DNA from: a virus
IMG/VR virus record: IMGVR_UViG_3300025096_000001
Location: 1-64,000 of that record
Length of the DNA stretch: 64,000 nt
Direction: 5' to 3' (one strand)
Within the stretch, counting starts at the first letter, position 1. Every line of letters begins with the position of its first letter. Below the pieces are notes generated by a model. The model made no database searches. It saw nothing but the letters and a program-made list of their open reading frames with translations, and was not told the origin of the DNA. Shown piece after piece: positions 1 to 8,564 of this stretch. A program made the position numbers and the translations under genes.

Positions 1-156
1 ACCAAATCTTAATAGCGCTTTTCCCATTCTGGGCCATCTGTTAGCAGCCTTGTTCAAAATAATGTTTTGGGATAACTCTCCCCACGTACTTGGTTGATCA
101 ACACCTTCTTCGAGAAAGGCGTCCCAGTTATCCATTATGGTTTTCATATCGGGCAT
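1..156 (-). CDS. hypothetical protein, N-terminal 52 codons only (gene runs off the window start)
   Basis: The frame is open from 156 down to base 1. The ATG at 156 has AGGAGA 5 nt upstream. It begins MPDMKTIMDNWDAFLEEG. It is absent from the ORF track because it is truncated. Confidence 0.35.
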   Translation of the reverse strand, partial: MPDMKTIMDNWDAFLEEGVDQPSTWGELSQNIILNKAANRWPRMGKALLRFG

Positions 157-166
157 AATCGCTCTC

Positions 167-706
167 CTATATCGTATACATATAACTCAAGGAATATGGA
201 TCTCGAACCATGCCCTTTCTAATGGAACCTTGTTCAATGCTGTGTGGCACTTCGCCAAGTTCTGTAGAGAATTCTTTGTCTGGCTCAATAAGCGCAGCGT
301 CGTCGGCGGCGATAATAGCTTCCATAGACTCAAAATAAGGCCTCTCATCTTCAATAAAACCGCTTATATTAATTAATGTTAATTTAGCGGCTTCAATGCT
401 TTCATCGAAGGGTTGCTGTAGAGTTGCTTCCATAGCTCCCGAAAAGGCGCCTGCTTGGATTGATTCGTATACTACAATACCCTTTTTACGCAAAAAGGAA
501 AACAAGCGATTTTGGGCGCCGTAGACTAAATCGTTTAAAGATTCTTTAGGAAAGGCCACAACTTTATTGTTAGCTGTGGATAATATTATATCGATATCGC
601 CATGGTCGAAGATCATCAAATCTCCGTTGATAGCCTTGCGGATATCCATTTCTAAGCGAATGGTTTGTGTCTCATCTGCTTTGTCAATTTTAATCGTTAT
701 TGCCAT
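167..706 (-). CDS. hypothetical protein (head-module neighbourhood)
   Basis: 179-aa ORF. GAGGGAA lies 7 nt upstream of the ATG at 706. It overlaps the stop of the upstream gene by 17 nt. I recognise no motif. Confidence 0.5.
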   Translation of the reverse strand: MAITIKIDKADETQTIRLEMDIRKAINGDLMIFDHGDIDIILSTANNKVVAFPKESLNDLVYGAQNRLFSFLRKKGIVVYESIQAGAFSGAMEATLQQPFDESIEAAKLTLINISGFIEDERPYFESMEAIIAADDAALIEPDKEFSTELGEVPHSIEQGSIRKGMVRDPYSLSYMYTI

Positions 707-1523
707 CGGTAAGTTCCCTCGCTAGTTCTTGTGTTTTAAGGATTGTATTTAATACCTCTTCGTCGACATTTCTTGTAGAGTAACTCTCTAATAGTTTAAT
801 AACATCTTGAGCGCGAGATACCATATCTGAGTCTTCAACAAACTCTTTTGTAGTAGTACTTTCTACGATGGTACACTTAAGCCTCGTTATCTCTTCATTA
901 AGATAGGATTTAAGGCTAAGTGAGTTGTCGGCGAATGATGAGATATATAAAGTTAGAAGGTGTTTTTGTTCCTCCGAAAGTGTTTTTGCATATTTGTCGT
1001 TAAACTTCTCCACAAAAGAATTGACTACCAAGCTGTCTATTGGCTGCATTGCCTCTTTATCGGCGGTGGGGGCAGACATGTCACCAAGTAACTGCATCTC
1101 CAATATAACTGAATTCTTGGGAGAGGTATCCGCTGAAAATATTTGATAGATTGAAGCCAGTGTTTTATAATTTGGAACGAAGTTATTGAAGATCTTTGGT
1201 GAAAGCTCTTTGTTTACATCGTCAATCAAATCCGTTTGACTAACGAACAGGCCGGTCGTATCCAAGAGTCGACTGCCGATTTTTGCTTCTTTAATTATCT
1301 TTTCGCATGTCTCTTTATTGATCCCTTTGGTTTCGTAAAGTGAGCGATAACATTCTAAATGTTTCTTAAGAACAGAATTAGGAGAAAAATGTTTCTTTAT
1401 AATGCTGACAACTTTGTCTTTTGTCTGTGTATCATTTTTTATTACTGCTATCGTTGCTTCCCTAACGAGAGCCTCGTAGACAAATGCAGTATTTCTTTTT
1501 TTATTGTGACGTATTTTCATCAT
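690..1523 (-). CDS. hypothetical protein directly downstream of portal (scaffold-position gene; function only guessed from position)
   Basis: The ORF track gives 690..1553. GGAG lies 4-7 nt upstream of tandem ATGs at 1523 and 1520, which favours the shorter form. The start is ambiguous (1553, 1523 or 1520). Confidence 0.45.
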   Translation of the reverse strand: MMKIRHNKKRNTAFVYEALVREATIAVIKNDTQTKDKVVSIIKKHFSPNSVLKKHLECYRSLYETKGINKETCEKIIKEAKIGSRLLDTTGLFVSQTDLIDDVNKELSPKIFNNFVPNYKTLASIYQIFSADTSPKNSVILEMQLLGDMSAPTADKEAMQPIDSLVVNSFVEKFNDKYAKTLSEEQKHLLTLYISSFADNSLSLKSYLNEEITRLKCTIVESTTTKEFVEDSDMVSRAQDVIKLLESYSTRNVDEEVLNTILKTQELARELTDGNND

Positions 1524-3528
1524 CTTGCTCCATTGCTTTTGTTTCAACAGCATTCTGATCTAAGTCACCAATCAGAGTACGAATTGACTCATTAATATTA
1601 AACAGTTTTTGTTCTTCTTTTTGCTCTCTCAAGTTGTAAATAGGCTCCTCATTTTCATAAATACCGACGTTGGCGCCAATTGGTTTTGCTAGAGCAGAAA
1701 TATCTGCGGCGCCGGGAACAATATTTCTTATTCCGGAGCTGCTTTTCTGGCCAGAGGCAGCCTTAAAATTCCTACTACGAGGTCCAGATCCAGCGCGTCT
1801 ATCGTCCTTCTTAGGGTGATATACTTTTCCTTTAGATCCTGGCGTAAGTCTGGGAGCATTTCTTGAGCCGGGAGGTACTGCCAACAATGGCGAGTCATCT
1901 TCTCCGCCGACATCACCGGCCGGCATTTCTTCTGGACCACCTCCAAGATCACCTCCGAGTTCATCGCCACCTAAGTCACCGCCGAGGTCGCCGCCAAGGT
2001 CGCCACCTAAGTCACCGCCCAAGTCGCCACCAAGCCCACCACCGGTTTCTCCGGCTGCCGCAGCCTCTGCGACGGCTTGTAGAGCGGCATCCTGTTTACG
2101 GTCAAAATACATTTCTCTCTGATTACGAACAAAATCTTCATGACTCATGGAGAAAATGTGCTCAGATACCCAGCGACGAGAGAAAAAGCCCTCAGTTGCG
2201 GAGCCGGCAATATCAAATTTCTGTTTCCAGTGTTCCAACTCTTGAAGTTCTGCGATCTTCGAGGGATTGTTTAACTGCAGTTCGAATGATAACAGATCAT
2301 CGCCGCGGAAACCCAAAGTGTAAAGATGGATAATGCCAACCTTTGTTAACTCTGCAATAATGACTCTCTGGAGTCTTTGGATTGTTCTTGCAAAGCGAAT
2401 ATCTTTCTGTGCTAGTGTCGTCTTATCTTCGGCTGCACCCTCACCCATCGCAAGATATGCTTGAGGAATCTTGAGCGCAGAGAACAATTTATCACGCAGG
2501 TATTTAATGTCATCGATTTGCGTAGTGTTTGTACCTCCTGCGAGGTTCTGAATATCTGTTGCTGATCCAGGCCGAACAGGGATGAAATAATCTTCTTCGA
2601 TACTCATTGGATTATAACGTAAGTCAACACGGCCAGTTTTTGCATCAACGACCGAATGTCTCTTAAGTTGTGTGACAATCTTCTCCATGAACTGTTCTAC
2701 TTCATTCGGTGGTACCGCACCAACATCAATTTTGAAAACCCTCCGCTCTGATGAGCGGACAACTCGGTAGGCCATCATTGCGTCTTCCATTAAAACCAGT
2801 TGGCGCCAGATGCGGCGCGCGGGTTCAAGAATAGATGTTCCATATGGGCCATACTTGTCGTTTCCGAGGATGCGAAAATGAGAAATTTGCCAGTTCTCGA
2901 ATGTCATACCAGCAGTGTTCCATTGATATTGTACATAATTGGGATTGGTTGCATCCATTCCTTCTAAGCGCTCTATCTCTTGGGGAGGTAGTGCGATACA
3001 AGAAGTGATTCCAAATTTCTCATCGATGTCGAGATACAAGAAAAAGTCTCCATACTTACACATTGTACGAGACCACCCAAAAAGATTGTATTCTACATTT
3101 AAAATATTTGAGTATAAGATGTTTAAAACAGCCCGGATCTCTTCGTTAGGGCACTTAATGTTTAACATCGGTCGAAGGGCCGAATAGGTTGTCATCTCAT
3201 CCGCATAGATATCCATAGTGGATGCTATCTCTGGCATGTATTCCATTTGGTCAAAATCAATATATCGTTCGGAACGACGTTGGTTTCCGATCGCATTAGC
3301 TGCAATTGTATCCAAAGGGTTGTAGAGCGTTTTCTTAAACTGTTGCCCAGATGCCGAAGAAAATCTACTTGAAAATTTATCAAGATGTTGCCGGCGAATT
3401 CTGCGGCCGGTCTGGGAACGATAATTGATTATCGGTCCCGAGAACAGGCGCGTTAGCCTTTTAAATAATTCGGATTGTTCATTTGCGGGGTTTTTGCCGC
3501 CGGGTATATTTTTTCTTCTGTCTGCCAT
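1501..3528 (-). CDS. portal protein (T7 gp8-type head-to-tail connector family) with a long C-terminal extension
   Basis: 675 aa, immediately downstream of the large terminase. The N-terminal region RSERYIDFDQMEYMPEIASTMDIYADEMT resembles the conserved block of T7-like connector proteins. The C-terminal ~200 aa are low complexity. Confidence 0.8.
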   Translation of the reverse strand: MADRRKNIPGGKNPANEQSELFKRLTRLFSGPIINYRSQTGRRIRRQHLDKFSSRFSSASGQQFKKTLYNPLDTIAANAIGNQRRSERYIDFDQMEYMPEIASTMDIYADEMTTYSALRPMLNIKCPNEEIRAVLNILYSNILNVEYNLFGWSRTMCKYGDFFLYLDIDEKFGITSCIALPPQEIERLEGMDATNPNYVQYQWNTAGMTFENWQISHFRILGNDKYGPYGTSILEPARRIWRQLVLMEDAMMAYRVVRSSERRVFKIDVGAVPPNEVEQFMEKIVTQLKRHSVVDAKTGRVDLRYNPMSIEEDYFIPVRPGSATDIQNLAGGTNTTQIDDIKYLRDKLFSALKIPQAYLAMGEGAAEDKTTLAQKDIRFARTIQRLQRVIIAELTKVGIIHLYTLGFRGDDLLSFELQLNNPSKIAELQELEHWKQKFDIAGSATEGFFSRRWVSEHIFSMSHEDFVRNQREMYFDRKQDAALQAVAEAAAAGETGGGLGGDLGGDLGGDLGGDLGGDLGGDELGGDLGGGPEEMPAGDVGGEDDSPLLAVPPGSRNAPRLTPGSKGKVYHPKKDDRRAGSGPRSRNFKAASGQKSSSGIRNIVPGAADISALAKPIGANVGIYENEEPIYNLREQKEEQKLFNINESIRTLIGDLDQNAVETKAMEQDDENTSQ
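1936..2043 (-). repeat. coding tandem repeat (12-nt unit) specifying GGGL(GGDL)5GGDEL GGDL GGG inside the portal gene
   Basis: I decoded it codon by codon. The units differ at synonymous positions (gcc/acc, gag/aag/taa/caa on the plus strand), so the peptide repeat is preserved while the DNA repeat is degenerate. Confidence 0.9.
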
Positions 3529-3536
3529 TTATTTTC

Positions 3537-5120
3537 TCACTTTATGATCCACTTATGTTGGTTATACAAGTCTTCAGCTTCTTTTATTTTATCAAATGTG
3601 GAGTCTTTTTTGTAGCCATGTTGTCCTTTAATTTGAGTATTCATTGTAGTTTTAGTTTTGATAATCGAACTTAAAAAGGCTTTTTGATAATTTATTTCTC
3701 TGGCATTGGCTTGGAGGGCTGTATCTCTAACCCAACATGCTATCGCTAACGCCATGATTAAATCATCATTGTAGCCCTTCATTGCTTGCGGCTTACCGTT
3801 CCTCCATATAAAAGTCTTCATTTCGTTAACGGTTCGTGAAGAATATAAAGTAATTAGTTTATTTCTAATAAACTCCTCTAATTTTGCTATGATGAGTGGT
3901 CGGGTTTTCATTGACGTTGTGAAGCCGGCTACTGCGGAGGTTCTATATTCTGCTTGGTGCTGCTCAATATATTCATGAGATGATTTAATGGAATGATATA
4001 AATTTGGATACCCGTATTCAATTAACTTATCCAGCACCGTATATCCTATATTGTTATTCTCAACCACCAACATCGCATTACCATATTCGCGGCCGACTTG
4101 ATTTAAAAAGTTGGCGAACATATCTGGGGTGGGCTTTCCTTGGTACTCTGCGATAATCTCAAGGGTTTCTAACTTGATAATATGCAGCGTTGAATAGTCG
4201 GCACCGTCGCCTCGCGACACATCAGCGACTGCAAGATAACTACATGACGCGTCAAATTCTTCCCAGATCCAGAAATTTCGATCAAAACCGGTTCTATATT
4301 TTGGCTCACATATCGTAGATAGCATCCATTTCATACAATCAGGGTCAATAACAGTTTCACCGGAGGTGTTGAAATTGCACTCAAGCTCTTGTGCGATCTG
4401 GCGCCTGGACATATTTCTTGTCTCTTTTTTATACCAAGCTTGATCTCTCTCTGGATGAATGTCCCATGGGAGTGTTGTTAAATTAAAGTTATTCAAGTCT
4501 GTTTCGGCGTCCATGCACGTCTTATGAAACCAATTTCCGACGCCGTTCGGTGTCGATAATGCAATGCAGCGACCACCGGTAGACAGTGTGGGATACAAAC
4601 CAGTCCAAAGTTCTTCTAATCCCTCGATATGTGCAGCCTCATCTAGAACCAACAAAGATAGTGCCTCAGAACGACCAGCATCGCCGGAGGTAGAGGCCGC
4701 CTTGATAGACGACCCATTTGAAAGTTCGAAAGATGTGCGGTTGTCTACTGAAATATCTGATATTTTAAGCCATTGTGGCAGATTGCGCATAATGCTTTTG
4801 ACTTTTTTTACTAAGTTTCCAGCTGTGGCAAACTTGGTTGCCATAACTAAAATCGCTTTATCGCGATGGAACAACATTAACCAAACGATATATCCAGCCG
4901 TAATTGTTGAAATACCAAGCTGTCGCGCTTTTAGAATAATATTAAAGCGATAATCATTAAAATCTTGTAGAAGGTCGTCTTGGAAATCATAAGTATTAAA
5001 AAGGATTAGCCCGTGCATCGGGTGAGATATACGGGCATATGTTTTGAGAAAGTACGAAGGATCCTTACCGCACTTGAGTATTTCTTTTACTTGTTGCTTT
5101 TTGTCTAACTGAAATGTCAT
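3537..5120 (-). CDS. terL: terminase large subunit
   Basis: 527 aa. ATPase motifs are ILKARQLGISTI (Walker A-like) and LLVLDEAAH (Walker B). The C-terminal RNaseH-like nuclease acidic residues are ADVSRGDGADYS, VVENNNIG and NDDLIMALAIA. The gene is adjacent to portal. Confidence 0.9.
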   Translation of the reverse strand: MTFQLDKKQQVKEILKCGKDPSYFLKTYARISHPMHGLILFNTYDFQDDLLQDFNDYRFNIILKARQLGISTITAGYIVWLMLFHRDKAILVMATKFATAGNLVKKVKSIMRNLPQWLKISDISVDNRTSFELSNGSSIKAASTSGDAGRSEALSLLVLDEAAHIEGLEELWTGLYPTLSTGGRCIALSTPNGVGNWFHKTCMDAETDLNNFNLTTLPWDIHPERDQAWYKKETRNMSRRQIAQELECNFNTSGETVIDPDCMKWMLSTICEPKYRTGFDRNFWIWEEFDASCSYLAVADVSRGDGADYSTLHIIKLETLEIIAEYQGKPTPDMFANFLNQVGREYGNAMLVVENNNIGYTVLDKLIEYGYPNLYHSIKSSHEYIEQHQAEYRTSAVAGFTTSMKTRPLIIAKLEEFIRNKLITLYSSRTVNEMKTFIWRNGKPQAMKGYNDDLIMALAIACWVRDTALQANAREINYQKAFLSSIIKTKTTMNTQIKGQHGYKKDSTFDKIKEAEDLYNQHKWIIK

Positions 5121-5674
5121 TACTCATTATCTGATTTTGGTCTCGTGTCGTTATCGGGGCGTGTGCCTCCCTTTCCGTTCCAACCGCCTTGGTCTACAAA
5201 ACTACGCCAGCTTGATTCTACTCGATCTTTCGATTCTGGAGTAACTGACATTTCTTGGTCTAGTCCGCCAACTTTATAATGCATTTTGGCAATTACCCAA
5301 GAGCGTACGCGAGTAGAATTCTCGACACGAATGTCGACTTCATCTTCCGCTGTTAAAGATACTGATTTACCAGTAATCTTTTTATATTCTTTTTGTAGAA
5401 ATTTCACAATTTCAGATAGCTGGCGTTCTACTTCAGTTTCGAAGCCGTTAGCATATACTTCCTTTAAGTGCACATCCGATTGGTATGTTAGGCACATCAT
5501 GTTTCCATAAAACTTGACATTGAAACCATCGTTCACTCTTTTGTCGAGAATCGGATCGCCCTCTTCTCTTTTAAGGCCGGCCAAGAGTGGCTCACCGTTT
5601 TCATCTAACGCTCCATCATAGGCGTTGGCCGCGGCTTGTGAAAGCCCTTGTACTATTTCATAAACTGTTGCCAT
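5120..5674 (-). CDS. hypothetical protein upstream of terL (small-terminase position, no motif support)
   Basis: 184-aa ORF with TAATG overlaps at both ends. I recognise no motif. Confidence 0.4.
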   Translation of the reverse strand: MATVYEIVQGLSQAAANAYDGALDENGEPLLAGLKREEGDPILDKRVNDGFNVKFYGNMMCLTYQSDVHLKEVYANGFETEVERQLSEIVKFLQKEYKKITGKSVSLTAEDEVDIRVENSTRVRSWVIAKMHYKVGGLDQEMSVTPESKDRVESSWRSFVDQGGWNGKGGTRPDNDTRPKSDNE

Positions 5675-5967
5675 TATTCTTGTGCTCCTTTAAGCATTTG
5701 TAAAACTATAGTGTTGATGGCGGCACCTTTAGGGCCGAAAATTGCCTCTAATGCTTGCTTGCGCGCCTGCGGAGAGACCTTGGGACTTAGCAAGACTCTC
5801 TTGAGCATGGTGGCATATTGTTCGACATCCATAAGGCCGCCCGATGTAGTTGCAGCGTCCACTTTTTGCTGGCGTGCGTCGGTAGCGCTAGCTGCCGGTG
5901 CTGGGGCTTGTTCTTCTCCTAAGCTCTCACGAATAATTTGCTTGAGTATTTCTTTATTTAGTTTCAT
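5674..5967 (-). CDS. leader class A small protein (MKLNKEILKQIIRESL...)
   Basis: The ORF track gives 5674..6090. The internal ATG at 5967 has GGAGA upstream and recreates the conserved leader found on five other genes. The longer form would overlap the upstream gene by about 137 nt. Confidence 0.65.
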   Translation of the reverse strand: MKLNKEILKQIIRESLGEEQAPAPAASATDARQQKVDAATTSGGLMDVEQYATMLKRVLLSPKVSPQARKQALEAIFGPKGAAINTIVLQMLKGAQE

Positions 5968-6361
5968 TGGGTCTCCATCCTTTTTGCCATCTTTCTTCCC
6001 TTCCTTCGACATATTGAATATAACATTGGTTGCAACACTCAAATTTGACAAGGCAAACATCATCCATTGTTTTTCTCGGGAAAGATCCACAGACAGGACA
6101 ATTATGTAAAGATTCTCTATTAAGTAGTTTTTTTGATATCTTTATACCATTAACATCTACTTTTTCTTGTGACTGCTTGCTTTTCAGACGAGAAGAATAA
6201 AATTCTTTCATTTGGCTTAAATACTCTTTTTCTTTTTCTTCAGTCCAATCCGCTTTTGGATTCTGGATCGCTTCCTTGCCGTATTTCTCAGCAATAGCCT
6301 TTTCTGTCGCCGCAATCTTATCAAAATCTTTACTCATTATTAAACACTCTATAGCTACCAT
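5954..6361 (-). CDS. hypothetical Cys-rich (zinc-ribbon-like) protein
   Basis: It contains NCPVCG ... CCNQC. The start is ambiguous (6361, or 6337 giving MSKDFDK). There is no clear SD for either start. Confidence 0.45.
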   Translation of the reverse strand: MVAIECLIMSKDFDKIAATEKAIAEKYGKEAIQNPKADWTEEKEKEYLSQMKEFYSSRLKSKQSQEKVDVNGIKISKKLLNRESLHNCPVCGSFPRKTMDDVCLVKFECCNQCYIQYVEGREERWQKGWRPNETK

Positions 6362-6761
6362 AAGTTATGGCCATGCCCCCAACAACGCCGGCGGCGACCC
6401 ACAAGATTGGATTCCTTCTACTTTGTTTTCGCAAAGCGTTGGCTAAAGCGTCACTCTCTCTTTCTAGTGATTGAACTCTCATATCATATTCGTTTATCAA
6501 TGCATCATGTCGAATTTGCAAATTTTGTATTTCTAATGTGTGCTCAGCAATTTGTGTATCTAAAGCATGTTGCATTTTATTCTCGCATTGGCCGACCACA
6601 AAACTTCTCTCTGCTAAGATTGTAGCAGTTGCAGCCGGGTCAAACAACACACCTTCGAATGGGGCACATTCATTTTGTCCCAAAAACGTGAATTGACCTG
6701 GGGGAGTGGCTATAGCTATATTACTCCACAAGCTGAAAACCATAAGCGTCAATAATCTCAC
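6330..6761 (-). CDS. secreted/membrane coiled-coil protein (N-terminal signal-like segment, C-terminal TM)
   Basis: It starts MRLLTLMVFSLWSNIAIATPP, has a central heptad-like region, and ends with the C-terminal segment ILWVAAGVVGGMAITYGSY. It overlaps the upstream gene by 41 nt. Confidence 0.45.
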   Translation of the reverse strand: MRLLTLMVFSLWSNIAIATPPGQFTFLGQNECAPFEGVLFDPAATATILAERSFVVGQCENKMQHALDTQIAEHTLEIQNLQIRHDALINEYDMRVQSLERESDALANALRKQSRRNPILWVAAGVVGGMAITYGSYRVFNNE

Positions 6762-7107
6762 TGCTCAGTGCCTCCTTATCTTGCGAAAACTGTCTTACAT
6801 ATTCGGTGGTGTTGTTTTGCCTTTCTTCTTCTAAGTCGGCTTGTGATTCCAAGTAACTCTGTTGAATGCTCTCTATAGTGTCTCGATAAGATTGAAGGGA
6901 TTCTTCGCGCTGTCGCAGTTCTTCGGCATGGATATCCCGAAGAGATGAGATCTGTAGCTCCATCTCTTGTTGGGAGGTTTCGTATGCTTTAACTATCGCA
7001 TTATAATCTATCCTAGTTTTAAGAGTAACAAGCGATAAGGATATAACTACTAATATTTCCTTCCAATGTTTTAGAGCAAATGCAAACACTTTTGCTTTGT
7101 CGATCAT
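6721..7107 (-). CDS. type-II membrane coiled-coil protein (i-spanin-like architecture, unproven)
   Basis: It has an N-terminal TM segment ILVVISLSLVTL followed by a long charged coiled-coil-like region. Its start overlaps the stop of the 63-aa gene by 1 nt. Confidence 0.4.
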   Translation of the reverse strand: MIDKAKVFAFALKHWKEILVVISLSLVTLKTRIDYNAIVKAYETSQQEMELQISSLRDIHAEELRQREESLQSYRDTIESIQQSYLESQADLEEERQNNTTEYVRQFSQDKEALSSEIIDAYGFQLVE

Positions 7108-7298
7108 CAGACACCCTTAACTTTTGCTAAGCCATCGACGACTCCTTGGGTTCCGATATAAATTGCGGAGAGCATTACCCAATCGCTCGATTCAAGACCA
7201 TAAAACGCCATCAGCCCTGTGGCTGTGAGCCAAACAAGAAACTTGCGAGATATCATCTTTTCGACTAGTCTATCTAATTTTCCTTTTGTTTCTTCCAT
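7107..7298 (-). CDS. small two-TM membrane protein (holin-like)
   Basis: 63 aa with two hydrophobic segments (FLVWLTATGLMAFYGL and WVMLSAIYIGTQGVV) and charged termini. Confidence 0.4.
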   Translation of the reverse strand: MEETKGKLDRLVEKMISRKFLVWLTATGLMAFYGLESSDWVMLSAIYIGTQGVVDGLAKVKGV

Positions 7299-7302
7299 TG
7301 TT

Positions 7303-7746
7303 TTATTCCTTTTTCTTTTTTTTGCCTGCTTTGGACATTTGTTTATCAGCTACGCCATAAGCCTGATCTTCAGGTACACCCTTGTCTATAAGGTATTCGG
7401 CGCGCTCTTCTTTTGCTTTGTAAAAGGACTTTTTATATTTCTCTTCTTCTTCAATTGTACGTAGTTCTTGTACTATTGCATCGACTATCTCGTTCATGCG
7501 CGATGGGTCGTTCAATGGATGTTCTTTTTTTGGCTTAATTACTTTCGCAAAGCGCCCCAATGCGCCTTGGGCATATCCCAAAGCCGCAGGGCTTTCTCCC
7601 GTAACTGCGCCGGCTAAATAATCTATACTAACATCTAGATTATCAATTTTGCTAGCCAAATTATTAATTGCCATCATCAGCGAAGAATCGAGATTCCCCA
7701 ACTCTTCTGTTATAATTTCTTTTATTTTGGACTTCGTAAGCTTCAT
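7303..7746 (-). CDS. leader class A protein (MKLTKSKIKEIITEEL...), Lys-rich C-terminus
   Basis: The ORF track gives 7303..7824. The ATG at 7746 has AAGGGAA upstream, removes the overlap with 7763..8212 and restores the family leader. Confidence 0.65.
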   Translation of the reverse strand: MKLTKSKIKEIITEELGNLDSSLMMAINNLASKIDNLDVSIDYLAGAVTGESPAALGYAQGALGRFAKVIKPKKEHPLNDPSRMNEIVDAIVQELRTIEEEEKYKKSFYKAKEERAEYLIDKGVPEDQAYGVADKQMSKAGKKKKKE

Positions 7747-7762
7747 ACTGCTGTTCCCTTGT

Positions 7763-8212
7763 TCATGTCCTATAGGTTTTTGCAAAGATTTCTCTACCAA
7801 CCACCCCATAGTCGCCCGGGCCATATTGTACTAAATAGTCTCCCGGCTCTCCTTGGAGTAAATCATTTGACCACGATACTTTAACTTGGAATGGGTCGCT
7901 CATTTCTTTGGCAAATACCGGTATGTTTTTCTTCGCCGCTGTTCCATCACCAAGGTCGTCGTATGTTTGCGCGAACTTCTCGGCTGGGATCGGCCACTGC
8001 TCGCCTTCCGTGCCTGTCATAACAGCATCGCCGGCTTTTGCTCCCACTGAACCTTCCTTGGTTTCGATGGTTTCGTCCGTCTCGGCGTATCTAAATTCTA
8101 ATGGAATAGGTTTCTTGGCGGTTTGAAAGCCATCTTGGGACAAGTCAGGGTTGTCTTCTAACCCAACTGTCTCATTCAAATACCTGTTCCAACTTTCAAA
8201 TAGTTTTTTCAC
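7763..8212 (-). CDS. leader class B protein with C-terminal PGDYG-type motif
   Basis: GTG start at 8212 (plus strand cac). It begins MKKLFESWNRYLNE. The C-terminus GEPGDYLVQYGPGDYGVVGREIF resembles the PGDYG domain family. That domain assignment is from memory and was not searched. Confidence 0.55.
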   Translation of the reverse strand: MKKLFESWNRYLNETVGLEDNPDLSQDGFQTAKKPIPLEFRYAETDETIETKEGSVGAKAGDAVMTGTEGEQWPIPAEKFAQTYDDLGDGTAAKKNIPVFAKEMSDPFQVKVSWSNDLLQGEPGDYLVQYGPGDYGVVGREIFAKTYRT

Positions 8213-8214
8213 GC

Positions 8215-8523
8215 CTAATACCCTGCATCGTATGGTGATTCGTCTTCATACCAATCGTGTGAGCCAAAATCTCTGCGGCCTATTTCATCCGATAGATCTC
8301 GATGCATCTCTTCGGTGTCGTGATACACGGTAGTTTCTCCATTTTGATGTGTTACCAAAATGGCAGGCTTTCCATCACTATCGATCTCAACGGATGCCTC
8401 GACATTAAACTTGTCAGCCAAGTCTTGCACTTCATCACGCATAAGATCTTCTTTAATAATATCTGTTTTCTCGTCCATAAAATACCGAGGGTCAATTCTT
8501 TTTTTGTTTTTTCTTATAGCCAT
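8215..8523 (-). CDS. hypothetical acidic protein
   Basis: 102 aa. AAGGAA lies 7 nt upstream of the ATG at 8523. Confidence 0.5.
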   Translation of the reverse strand: MAIRKNKKRIDPRYFMDEKTDIIKEDLMRDEVQDLADKFNVEASVEIDSDGKPAILVTHQNGETTVYHDTEEMHRDLSDEIGRRDFGSHDWYEDESPYDAGY

Positions 8524-8538
8524 TATATTATTCCTTTT

Positions 8539-8564
8539 ATGTTGCTAATCCATTCATACTTAGT
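8539..8564. repeat. 26-bp direct repeat, copy 2 (25/26 identical to 9062..9087)
   Basis: The plus strand reads atgttgCtaatccattcatacttagt. It lies in the gap between genes 8560..9063 and 8215..8523 and contains the stop codon of the former. Confidence 0.9.

Noticed and set aside
1936-2043. The tandem 12-nt repeat considered as a CRISPR array, VNTR or non-coding satellite.
   Set aside because: It is in frame inside the portal ORF. The units are contiguous with no spacers, and they differ at synonymous positions. It is a coding peptide repeat.
6330-7107. Calling the two coiled-coil membrane proteins an i-spanin/o-spanin pair or a u-spanin.
   Set aside because: The second protein has no lipobox Cys after its signal-like segment, at 143 aa it is too long for an Rz1-type o-spanin, and no endolysin lies nearby. 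I record only the architecture.
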